Positions 12,311 through 23,438 are shown, counted from the first letter of the whole stretch. The stretch: DNA of 63,994 bases, filler included, from Octopus bimaculoides (GCF_001194135.2; 5 parts of 5 records of this genome joined end to end with filler, not necessarily neighbours in it), one strand, 5' to 3'. Notes: generated by a model not told the origin, from the letters alone. Translations and numbers: made by a program.

Positions 12311-12556
12311 CTTGGCCTGAGCGTTGGTTATCAAGATATTCTCCATTGTACCAAGACCCATCAGTCCAGTAGAAAATTCCTTTTCCACTTCTACGATTAT
12401 TTTTAACCATACCTTTGTAAACACCGCCACTTTTATAATGAATTTCAGCAACATGTTCCTCCTTATTATCAGAAAGATCAGTAAAGCTGCTTGCACTAGA
12501 GAGAGGTGGTAACTCCGAATTCATCCTGCGCCTTGGGGATGTATCAGGCAAAAGAG
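12311..12556 (-). CDS. Coding exon of a MORN-repeat protein (ANKMY1/RSPH/MORN-family candidates; not resolved)
   Basis: Encodes LLPDTSPRRRMNSELPP...HYKSGGV-YKGMVKNNRRSGKGIFYWTDGSW-YNGEYLDNQRSGQG, i.e. one 23-aa MORN repeat and part of a second. Acceptor catatttcag|CT at 12557/12556, donor CAAG|gtaact at 12311/12310, 246 nt, phase 1-1. The ORF track start is a TTG, not an ATG. Confidence 0.8.
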
Positions 12557-13346
12557 CTGAAATATGACCATAATTTGTTTTCAGTTAAAAAAATAATGAT
12601 GGTTCTCATCAGAAAGAAATCTGAAACAAGTAGACTGTTAACTACTTCAGTTGGGGCTGTTAACCATAGCTTTTCTGTTTATACTGTTAATCATAACTTA
12701 ACAATTTGGACTGTAACTACATTGTCAGTTCTGATTGTTAAACACATCTTGTCAATTTGGAAAGTAAACCACATTTTGTCAGTCTGGAGTGTTAATTATA
12801 TGTTGTCAGTTCTTACTGTTAATTACATTTTGTTAATTTGAACAGTGGACAGAAAACCAATTTTTATCAGTTTGGACTGTTAGCCACATTTTACCAAATT
12901 GTGGTATTAATTACTATATCTTATCAATTTGGGCTATTAAATCATGTTGTCAATTAGAACTGAAAAATAGATCCTGTGTGGCTGAACTGCATCTTTTTAA
13001 ACTGAACTATTAATTCTGTATCCAGCCCAAATATTCTACCAGTTTTATGTTTAAGCTGACAAGATCTGCCCTCTTACACCTACTCTATAATGTCATTCTA
13101 AAAATAAACAATCACATCACTGAAATTTTGAAACTATGAGATAATGCATAATTCATTCAAATTGCCATGAATGAATAAGCATTATATTTGACAGAGCAAT
13201 CTGGATATTAAAGGGTCAAACATATCTAAAAGTTTCTATTGTTAGTCACATCTACTTCTTACTAACCATTACTGTTAAACAAATCAATTTGGAGTGTTAA
13301 CCACACGTTGTAAGGTTACCAGCTGACAGAATCATCTCAGAATCAC

Positions 13347-13583
13347 AAGGCGGTGAGCTGGCAGAAACATTAGGACACAAGGCGAAATGCTTAGCGGTAT
13401 TGTGTCTGCCATTACGTTCTGAGTTCTAATTCCACCGAGGTCGACTTTGCCTTTCATCCTTTCGGGGTCAATAAATTAAGTACCAGTTACGCACTGGGGT
13501 CGATGTAATCAACTTAATCCCTTTGTCTGTCCTTGTTTGTCCCCTCTATGTTTAGGCCCTTGTAGGCAATGAAGAAATAAGAA
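13347..13583 (+). mobile_element. SINE family B, full length, with target-site duplication
   Basis: Flanked by agaatcatctcag(a/c)atca at 13328-13345 and 13580-13597. Confidence 0.9.
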
Positions 13584-13629
13584 TCATCTCAGCATCAGAT
13601 AGTATATGACATGGTATACGTCATACAGG

Positions 13630-13935
13630 GTGAAGGCACATGGCTTAGTAGTTAGGGTAGTCAACTCATGATTGTACAATCGTGAGTTTGATTCCCAGTG
13701 ATGTGTTGTGTTCTTGAGCAAAACACTTTATTTCTTGTTGCTCCAGTCCACTCGGCTGGTAAAAATGAGTTGTACTCATGATTCAATAGGGCCAGCCTTG
13801 TCACATTCTGTGTCACACTGAATCTTCCTGAAAACTACATGTGTCTGTGGAGTGCTCAGCCACTTGCATGTTGATTTCATGAGCAGGCTGTTCCATTCAT
13901 CACATCAACTAGGGTACTCGTCGTAACTGATGGAG
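13630..13935 (+). mobile_element. Third tRNA-derived SINE family (C), diverged
   Basis: A-box-like tggcttagtagtt, B-box-like gagtttgattccc, core gttcttgagcaaaacacttt...gctccagtccactcggctg. Related sequence at ~27780-28010. Confidence 0.6.
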
Positions 13936-14320
13936 AGCCACTTAAACTTTAACATATGCTGACACTCAGCACTCAGAGTTCAAATCTCCGCAAAGTCGTC
14001 CTTGCCTTTTGTCAAATTCAGAATTGATAAAAGAGAACCAATCCAGGGTGGTGGATTGGCAGGAGAACCGTAAGAGCAGTAAAGTGGATGATTTGTATTA
14101 ATTTTAGCCCTCAGCATTCTAAATTCAGAGGGAGATAGGGAGAGGAGAGAGAGAAAAAGGTCGCTCTTAATATTGAGAACAGACTAAAATGTCTTGCTGA
14201 GAAGGTCTAAGAAAATTAAAACACATCCATCTTTCACCTGTTAGATGTAATGACTCTAAAAACCTTGACTGCTCTCCTGGAGTTACCTCCCTTGGTTTAT
14301 TGTTTTTTTTTTAATGTTGT

Positions 14321-14387
<67 letters not shown>

Positions 14388-14454
14388 GACATGATACAGA
14401 TATTGTGTTACTGGACGCTCAGGAAAGGAAAGAAAGAGAATNNNNNNNNNNAGA

Positions 14455-14489
14455 ATTTGACGTTTTGAGCGGAGCTCTTCGTCGGAAAT
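14455..14489 (-). ncRNA. Decayed minimal type-I hammerhead ribozyme (Penelope-like/retrozyme type), copy 1
   Basis: Minus strand AUUU CCGACGA AGAGC UCC GCUC AAAAC GUC AAAU has hammerhead topology with U4C and G12A changes. Confidence 0.55.
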
Positions 14490-14562
14490 ATAGGAAAGTC
14501 CAAAGAAGGGAAGACGGAGGAAAAAAAAATCGCCAACGATATACACGAGGTTATATATATAT

Positions 14563-14800
14563 ATATGTGTTTAGCTTATCTCTTACTTGTTTCAGTCATT
14601 AGACTGTGGCCATGCTTCACCACCATCTTGAAGAATTTTGGTTGAAAGAATCGACCCCAGTACATATATATTTTTTGTAAAGCCTGGCACTTATTCCATC
14701 GGTCTCTCTTGCTGAAGCACTAAGTAACGGGGATGTAAACACGCCAGCATCAGTTGTCAAGCCGGTGTTGGGGAACGAACAGATACACAAACACACACAC
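14563..14800 (-). mobile_element. SINE family A 3' half
   Basis: cttacttgtttcagtcattagactgtggccatgc ... gtaaacacgccagcatcagttgtcaagc. Confidence 0.75.
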
Positions 14801-16124
14801 ATACACACAGTGACGCGTGCATGCACACATACACACACATATATATGTATAAATATATATGCGGCAATAAAAAAATGGAGGGGATCACGAGGTGGTATTT
14901 TAGACAATATATTATGTCTATTTATTTATTTATTAAAAACAATTATAACAATATACATACATGTATAACATATTATGCTTTACATTTATAAAAATACCAG
15001 TAATTATTAAAATTATATATATTGTATATCCATATGTATGTATATAGATACAGTCATTGATATGCAACACCATTACAGAAGCAATAAATAAATAAATAAA
15101 TTAATTAATTAATTAATCAACTGATTGATTGATTGAATAATGGACCTAAACTTTCGAGTATGTTAACCCAGAGTTACCTCCCTTCATCCTATTTATAACT
15201 TAATAACCCCCACTTCACCCCTGATTCCTCTTAAATATAACATTAAAATTAATTAACTGAATAAATAGACTGATAAATATTTTAAAGGACTGAATAACTG
15301 AACTGATTGGTTCATTAATTGAGTGACTCAACACTATTACACAGTCTTGCATTTGAGGCATTTTGTCAGATAAAATAGATTTTAAACATAATTTTAGCGA
15401 TAAATAACAACAATTTAGTAATATGTAGGTATACATATATATATATATATATAAGAGGATATATGAGTATATATATATATATATATATATATATNNNNNN
15501 NNNNNNNNNNNNNNNNNNNNNNNNNNNNNNNNNNNNNNNNNNNNNNNNNNNNNNNNNNNNNNNNNNNNNNNNNNNNNNNNNNNNNNNNNNNNNNNNNNNN
15601 NNNNNNNNNNNNNNNNNNACCTACCTACCTAGCTACCTCCCTCCCTCCCTCCCTACCTACCTACATACATACATACATGCATACATACATACATACATAC
15701 ATACATACATACATACATACATACATACATACTAAAACACAGTGATATAGATAGACAAGCATATGCGCAGCGAACTTTAACATAAAGCTAAAAATCAATG
15801 AAAAAGAAAATACCTGCACAATCTATTGAGAAATCTACAATTACTCTACCCAGGTTACAAATTTAGGTTTATACCTGTAATTATTGGGACACTGGGATAT
15901 ATATATAACACATTGCCTAAGTACCAATCTTGAGAAATTAGGCTTCTCAAAACCAGAAAGGAGAAAGTGATTCAATGGAACTGTAAAAATTTGTTCAATT
16001 TTCAAGAAGTTTATCAGTTAAGTATAAATGCACATGTCTAGACATGCAACTATAGGCTCGAGAATATATGCACAAAACAAAACATACAAATCTACACATG
16101 CACAGGTTCTAAATACTTCATATA

Positions 16125-16255
16125 GACATGCATACATGCAAAAATACCCTGTTGATGTTGTTGACATTTCAGTGAGGGCGCCTTGGATTTAAGTTTGAAA
16201 CCAGTGCTTTCTCTATTGACAAGAAATCTTGAATAAAACTGAATAAGGACATACA
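16125..16255 (-). repeat. Unclassified dispersed repeat next to (ATAC)n; inverted copy at 20657-20790
   Basis: aaaaataccctgttgatgttgttgacatttcagtgagggcgccttggattt...ttgacaagaaatcttgaataaaactgaataa is the reverse complement of ttattcagtttagttcatgatttcttgccaat...ggaatttcaacaacatcaacggggtattttt. Confidence 0.7.
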
Positions 16256-17029
16256 TATAAGCATACATACATACATACATACATACATACATACATACAT
16301 ACATTCATACATACATACATACATACATACATACATACATACATTCATACATACATACATGCATAAGTACGCCACATACATACACATATACAACTCTCCC
16401 ACACAGACTCGTCCATTATCGTGTGATAAATGCCGCTGATGTAAACAGATGAAAGATGTGTGTGATGTAACAAGTGTAGAAAACTCTACAATGCATGGAA
16501 AACTCAGGGTTAAAGAAATCTCATATATTTCGTACCCTTATTTCAAAATAAATGTTGATTTCGAATGAAACGTTAAAATTTTAAAAGGACCAGGTCAAAA
16601 ATGTATCCAGGGTGGATCAAACCCTCGCGAAACAATAAGGGTGCCTATAACTCACCTGATTAATTGTCAGTTTCAAGCATGTTCTCTTGTAAATTATTGC
16701 ATAAACAATTAAATCACTTTGAACGCAGTAAACTGATGTTGCTATGGCACTTGCAGGGGAGATAACTCTAACATTTCTTTTAATCGTAGTGATTTTTTTA
16801 TCTCCCTTGTTTTATTATGATAGTACGTAACGATATATTATAACACATACACACAGAGGTTGGCGTTTGGAAAGTCTTGTTTTTCTCGTTGGCAGACCTA
16901 TACCTGCGATGACAGTAATATCCTGGGGCCGATCAAAGCCTTGTGAGTGGATTTGGTAGGCAGAAACTGACATCGTCACTGACGTAGACCAACATGTAAG
17001 TGACAGTGCCGGCTACAATGACCGTACTT

Positions 17030-18330
17030 GGAATTGTCCACCAGCCTTGTCTTTGTACTGTTTTCCCCATAGGATTTGCTTTTCTTCGTCCATAAGCTTC
17101 TCCCGCTCCTCCCATCTTTTTAAACCTTTGTCAAGTTCCAGCTTCCAGCGTGGGCGATCGTCAACAATATCGTCGCACTTTTCAACACGTCTGTACAAAA
17201 CATGCTACTCTGAAACGAAGATGAAGTGTCCATGTTCTCTTACCAGAGGCCAGTTCGCCATACAGAAAGTCTTTTGGGTCCTCCCATCTTCCATGCGAGT
17301 CAAAAGAAGAATCGTTGTTGCAATGGAATGAAGAGGCTGGGTGCGAGTCAGAACCTTATTGTCAGTACCTCGGTCAGTCCATTTGATGTTCAGAATCCGT
17401 CTCAGGCTACGTAGTTGGAAAGGCATGGCTCTTGCCTGGAATAGGTGCTCCAAATCTCACTGCCATAAACTCTGTAGATTGCAGCGTTAGTGTTTGTCGT
17501 TAGCGTACATGCTTTCCCAAACTCTCGTTCTCAGTCAGTCTAGTGGTCCTGAATGGGGGTCCATATGGTCCTTGGCGGTCCACTTAAGATCTTGTTAAAA
17601 TATGTTTCATTAATTGGTTCCACTTCTACAATACACAAAATATTTTAACAATCTTTTTTAATACAATTCCTAATAATATTTAATTATAAAAATATAATAG
17701 GATTTTTTAAACATTGAATGGCTATGAGGGTTCATTCAAATAATGTAGGGGTCAAAGAGGAACCATAGGCAAAAAATGGTTGAGAATCATAGGTCTAGCT
17801 AGTGTTGAAACTGCTCTTCTACATCGTCAGTTAATCTCAGACGCTAGGGAAAGGTTTGTGATGGTGGGGCTGAGGTATGTATGCTCATGGATTGCCTCAA
17901 GCTCACATTTGTGAACGAGGATGGTAGTAGAGTGCTCAGAACATCGGTCCAACATTTGGTTCTCTTCCGGCAGGTGCTCTAGCCAAATTCTTCGTAAAGT
18001 TCTGCTGTTGCTTCTCCGAGTGTGTTGCCAGTGCCGTATCGTATGAAAACCCTCTCTCTGATTAATACATTTGGCACTTTGGTTTTCACCCTCATTCAAA
18101 ACGGACTGAGTAAGTTTCCGTTTGATTTTGTGTGAGGGTAAATACCATCAATTGATGTTCCAAAGGTGTGCTTCAGGATGACAGCCTTATTCCACTCCAC
18201 ATTGAATACTGAAGGACCATCAAACAGAATGGCGCCTTTCAGGTTTCAGTGGAATGAATGAACAATCCCGAGTTACCCTATCTTGGCAAAGATTTTGAAC
18301 AGTCTTTCTCTGTTCACACCTACCCGAAGT
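17030..18330 (-). mobile_element. Fragmented RTE (BovB-like) LINE ORF2, interrupted by a small hAT-like MITE (~17540-17800)
   Basis: RRILNIKWTDRGTDNKVL, RMEDGR and WKLELDKGLKRWEE in shifting frames. The insert has tagtggtcctgaa / ggttgagaatcatag ends. Confidence 0.75.
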
Positions 18331-18334
18331 CAAC

Positions 18335-18516
18335 CGCCCACTAATGACGACGACGTTTCCTTCACCACGCGACGTTGACCGCGCGTACGGACGGCTGCTA
18401 GCGGCGGCTTCTTACTTACCTACCAGAAAATGGGGGCAACGACATTCTCTAGGGGAGGGGCGCATAACACATGGACACACACACTCGCAGTCGATATCGC
18501 GACGGCCTTTGCACAC
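18335..18516 (-). promoter_or_regulatory. CpG-rich island with a GC box; candidate 5' end of the MORN gene
   Basis: Dense CpG (gacgacgacg, cgcgacg, cgcgcgtacgg, gcggcggc) in a CpG-poor window. ggggaggggcgc at ~18452-18463. Tandem minus-strand donors gtaggt (18423) and gtaagt (18419). Confidence 0.5.
18424..18445 (-). CDS. Candidate first coding exon (MSLPPFS) of the MORN gene
   Basis: agaATGTCGTTGCCCCCATTTTCTG|gtaggt: A at -3, 22 nt, phase 1. It splices in frame to 12556 to give MSLPPFSALLPDTSPRRR. Confidence 0.4.
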
Positions 18517-18571
18517 GGCAATACGGCCGACTTCTTCTGGCATGTGCGTGCATGCATGTATGTATGTATAC

Positions 18572-18658
<87 letters not shown>

Positions 18659-18752
18659 AAACCACTAACCACCCGTAGTTACCGTTGTAGACACACGGCA
18701 TATCGCTCGGCGGTCGTCGATATGCCGGTATCTACGACGGTAACTACGAGTG

Positions 18753-18791
<39 letters not shown>

Positions 18792-18890
18792 CTCTCTCTC
18801 TCTCGCTCTCTCTCTCTCTCTTTCTGTATACATACATACATACATACACACATACACACACACATGCCAGTAGAAGTTGGCCGTATTGCC
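18517..18890. repeat. 374-bp foldback inverted repeat containing mirrored microsatellites
   Basis: ggcaatacggccgacttcttctggcatg...cggcatatcg, 12-nt loop (18706-18717), then cgatatgccg...catgccagtagaagttggccgtattgcc. Confidence 0.85.
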
Positions 18891-19101
18891 AACACAAAAT
18901 CTGCTGAGAAAACAGCTAGATTGCTTTGAATGTTGATGTTGCATGCATGCAAGCTAGGATTTTATCAATTCAGGCCGGGTCAACTGGCTAGATGATCTGA
19001 TATTGAAAAACATGTAATCCCCAAAGATCCTCGGAACATCACAATGATGCATAGATGTATCTTAGAACGAACAATGCACGCACATGCATGCGCTAGCACG
19101 C

Positions 19102-19146
<45 letters not shown>

Positions 19147-19174
19147 CGATCGTACATGTGTGTGCATGTATATA

Positions 19175-20497
19175 CGAGGGGGTACCCAAAAGAAACCGGA
19201 ATTTTGCAATGTTATTTTATTCACTTAGTTTTACATGTTTACACTTTTATCGCTTTCAAAGCATTTTCCATTTGAAGCAATGCATCGGGGTCCAGACACG
19301 TTTTCTACTCTTCGAAACAGTTCTGGAAGCAGTTCTGCGAAGTGGTGCCTTTTAACACCTCCGTTTTTTTTTTCTTCACCTCCTTCACATCTGCAAAACG
19401 TTTTACTNNNNNNNNNNNNNNNNNNNNNNNNNNNNNNNNNNNNNNNNNNNNNNNNNNNNNNNNNNNNNNNNNNNNNNNNNNNNNNNNNNNNNNNNNNNNN
19501 NNNNNNNNNNNNNNNNNNNNNNNNNNNNNNNNNNNNNNNNNNNNNNNNNNNNNNNNNNNNNNNNNNNNNNNNNNNNNNNNNNNNNNNNNNNNNNNNNNNN
19601 NNNNNNNNNNNNNNNNNNNNNNNNNNNNNNNNNNNNNNNNNNNNNNNNNNNNNNNNNNNNNNNNNNNNNNNNNNNNNNNNNNNNNNNNNNNNNNNNNNNN
19701 NNNNNNNNNNNNNNNNNNNNNNNNNNNNNNNNNNNNNNNNNNNNNNNNNNNNNNNNNNNNNNNNNNNNNNNNNNNNNNNNNNNNNNNNNNNNNNNNNNNN
19801 NNNNNNNNNNGCTTCATTTCCGGGCTGTAGCCGTTGTACCAGCTTTCGTCACCAGTGATGACCATCGGAAAAAGGTCCGGATCAAATTCCAGCTGTCCTT
19901 TCAGCTCACGCCATGCATTCAGTCGTGACTGCTTTTGATCTTTCGTGAGGAAGCGAGGCAAACATTTTGCTACAACTCTTTTCATTCGCAATTCCTCGCT
20001 CAAAATCCGTTGGCAGGAGCTCCAGGACACACCAGTCATAGCAACAAGTCGACCATTTGTCCGGCAACGGTCCTCCAAGATCAGTTCATGAATTTTCATG
20101 ATGTTTTCATTCGTTCGGGAGGTCGACGGTCTCCCTGAACGAGGTTGGCCTTCAAGCAACAAGTGACCATTCCTAAAGCGTGAAAACCTCTTGTAAACTT
20201 GTGTTCTGCTCATGGTAGCGTTCTTGTAAGCTGTTTGATGCATGATAACTGTTTCGGCCGCCGTTTTCCCCGGCAAGATAACAGAATTTCGTTTCAGCCA
20301 TCGCAAAAATTGACGAACAGGGAAGAAGCCATTGTAAAACAAAGACACACCATGTGGCAGAACGACATCACTTGACGACTTCGTTTGGCAGACTAATGTC
20401 TGAGGGTCGCATCAAGTGGCTTCTAGCGGCAGAAGCCTGAACTACAATGGGCTTGTCCCACAGAGAACGTTTCCGGTTACTTTTGGGTACCATCTTG
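19175..20497 (-). mobile_element. Full-length mariner element (1323 bp) with transposase ORF 19305-20348, partly hidden by a gap
   Basis: TA-cgagggggtacccaaaagaaaccggaa ... ttccggttacttttgggtaccatcttg-TA. Protein shows TQVYKRFSRFRNG...LEGQPRSGRPST (HTH region), AKCLPRFLT (WVPRxL motif) and ITGDESW (first catalytic D). Confidence 0.9.
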
Positions 20498-20853
20498 TAT
20501 GCATTAATGTATATGTATATGCATGTGTGTGTGTGTGTAATGCATATATGTACACACACACACACACATGCGTGTATAAGGTGGTGCCCAGGTATGATTG
20601 CAGTGCATCGAGTGAAACGTCAAAAAGAATAAAATATTAAAACAATATATGTATATATGTCATTATTCAGTTTAGTTCATGATTTCTTGCCAATAAAGAA
20701 AGAGCCGGTTTCTAACCTAGATCCAAGGCTCCTTCATTGGAATTTCAACAACATCAACGGGGTATTTTTGTATGTAGGCATGCATGTATGTATGTATGTA
20801 TGTATGTATGTATGTATGGATGGATGGATGTATATGTTTGTATGTACGTGTGC

Positions 20854-20887
<34 letters not shown>

Positions 20888-20926
20888 ATGGTTGTGTGTG
20901 TTTATGCGTTTATATTATCATCTCGC

Positions 20927-21140
20927 AAGGCGGCGAGCTGGCAGAATCGTTAGCACGCCAGGCGAAACGCTTAACGGTATTTCGTCTGTCTTTACGTTCT
21001 GAGTTCAAATGCCGCCAGGATCGACTTTGCCTTTCATCCTTTCGGGGTCGATAAATTAAGTACCAGTTACGCACTGAGGTCGATGTAATCGACTCTTCCC
21101 CTTCCCCCAAAATTTCAGGCCTTGTGTCTATAGTAGAAAA
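20927..21140 (+). mobile_element. SINE family B, full length, tail type 2
   Basis: aaggcggcgagctggcagaatcgttagcacgcc ... cccttcccccaaaatttcaggccttgtgtctatagtagaaaag. Confidence 0.9.
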
Positions 21141-21545
21141 GAAATATATTATCATTTCATGTTCGTCTTTTGACGCTCTCATGGACACATCACCACCAAT
21201 CCTGCACCAATCTTAACATTTTACAGACATCTGGAGCCTTTTCTCAAATATCATCCCTCCACAATTTTCGTCTCCTCTATCCACTTCATGGATGGTCGTC
21301 CTTCCCTCTTGAACTGTTACTTGTATTTTTTATTTTTTTATTTTTTATTTTTTTGTTTATATTATCTCATAACATGACCAAACTATTTCATGACCAAACT
21401 ATAAGAACAATAAGTTAAAATACAAAGATTAAAATTTTTAGAAAGTTAAAGAAGTGATTTTTCAAATTCTCAATCGCAGAATAATGCTAATAATATAGCC
21501 TGAACAAGATAAACTATCTCTATTTTGCAGAGAAAAGTGTAGGTG

Positions 21546-21618
21546 GCTAGCTGTGGACACGAACTCACATCCCCGTGATTACGTGTCACGATGCTTTGAC
21601 CGATTAAGCTAAACTACA
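21546..21618 (-). pseudogene. tRNA-Thr(CGT)-like sequence, copy 1, embedded in a dispersed repeat
   Basis: D arm GCTT...AAGC, anticodon arm CGTGA-CACGTAA-TCACG, T-loop GAGTTCG. It has A33 instead of U33, and the acceptor and T stems are broken. Confidence 0.6.
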
Positions 21619-21680
21619 TACTACAAATTCCGCTGCAAATTAAGATATATAAATCTCGCTTTATGAGACGCTCTCATATG

Positions 21681-22022
21681 TTAAATTCAAATTACGACAT
21701 ACGTAAATAAACAAACGAAGTTTTGCTTTTAGAAGCGTTGAGATGTCTTTTTAGAAAGTTAAAGAAGTGATTTTAAATTCTCAATCGCAGAATAATGCTA
21801 ATGATATAGCCTGAACAAGATAAACTATCCCTATTTTGCAGAGAAAAGTGTAGGTGGCTAGTTGTCTACACTTTTCTCTGCAAAATAGGGATAGTTTATT
21901 AGCATTATTCTGCGATTGAGAATTTAAAAAAAATCACTTCTTTAACTTTCTAAAAAGACATCTCAGCGCTTCTAAAAGCAAACTTCATTTGTTTATTTAC
22001 GTATGTCGTAATTTGAATTTAA
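21681..22022. repeat. ~340-bp foldback palindrome plus a direct duplication (21435-21550 / 21748-21861)
   Basis: Arms 21681-21853 and 21866-22022 are near-exact reverse complements; the right arm lacks ~17 nt. Confidence 0.85.
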
Positions 22023-22520
22023 TATTAAATTTTTTGTATTTTAGCTTATTGTTCTTCCCGACTCAAATTCGCTGGCAGCACGTTTCGTATGCATCAATTT
22101 CCTTTCTTATTATGTTTGTTTATTGTCCAACTTCCGTACCTATACATCGTTACAGGATATCCCAAGATTTTTTCAACAAGCTCTACTTTGTTCTTTGAGA
22201 CACTCCTTAATCGTTCATAAATATCTATAGTTCTATCATAGCAGTCTTTTCCAGCAGTTATTCTTTCAATTTCGTTTGAGTATTTCTTATCTCTTTCAAC
22301 TTTGGACCCCGGAAAAATAAGCTGAACTTTTACTTCTATTGCCTGGTCACGATTTTAAAGTCTTTTAAATAAATAACCAGAATTTTAATTTTTTTCTTTC
22401 AATCTTAAGGCAGTGAGCTGGTAGAATCGATCCCCAGAACAAATCGACCCCAGAACTTATTCTTTGAAAGCCTAGTAATTATTCTATCGCACATACGTAT
22501 TCTATACGTATGTATGTATA

Positions 22521-22568
<48 letters not shown>

Positions 22569-23438
22569 ATTTTATTAATTTGCCTGTACGGCTGATAACT
22601 CGCTTGCCACTCGTGATGGTATTATATATATATATANNNNNNNNNNNNNNNNNNNNNNNNNNNNNNNNNNNNNNNNNNNNNNNNNNNNNNNNNNNNNNNN
22701 NNNNNNNNNNNNNNNNNNNNNNNNNNNNNNNNNNNNNNNNNNNNNNNNNNNNNNNNNNNNNNNNNNNNNNNNNNNNNNNNNNNNNNNNNNNNNNNNNNNN
22801 NNNNNNNNNNNNNNNNNNNNNNNNNNNNNNNNNNNNNNNNNNNNNNNNNNNNNNNNNNNNNNNNNNNNNNNNNNNNNNNNNNNNNNNNNNNNNNNNNNNN
22901 NNNNNNNNNNNNNNNNNNNNNNNNNNNNNNNNNNNNNNNNNNNNNNNNNNNNNNNNNNNNNNNNNNNNNNNNNNNNNNNNNNNNNNNNNNNNNNNNNNNN
23001 NNNNNNNNNNNNNNNNNNNNNNNNNNNNNNNNNNNNNNNNNNNNNNNNNNNNNNNNNNNNNNNNNNNNNNNNNNNNNNNNNNNNNNNNNNNNNNNNNNNN
23101 NNNNNNNNNNNNNNNNNNNNNNNNNNNNNNNNNNNNNNNNNNNNNNNNNNNNNNNNNNNNNNNNNNNNNNNNNNNNNNNNNNNNNNNNNNNNNNNNNNNN
23201 NNNNNNNNNNNNNNNNNNNNNNNNNNNNNNNNNNNNNNNNNNNNNNNNNNNNNNNNNNNNNNNNNNNNNNNNNNNNNNNNNNNNNNNNNNNNNNNNNNNN
23301 NNNNNNNNNNNNNNNNNNNNNNNNNNNNNNNNNNNNNNNNNNNNNNNNNNNNNNNNNNNNNNNNNNNNNNNNNNNNNNNNNNNNNNNNNNNNNNNNNNNN
23401 NNNNNNNNNNNNNNNNNNNNNNNNNNNNNNNNNNNNNN

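Noticed and set aside
14325-14386. (TC)n(TA)n(GA)n palindrome
   Set aside because: Pure microsatellite symmetry; common and prone to assembly artefact.
16738-16750. RFX X-box-like GTTGCTATGGCAC in the candidate first intron of a possibly ciliary gene
   Set aside because: The second half-site lacks one base of GGCAAC, and one near-match is expected by chance.
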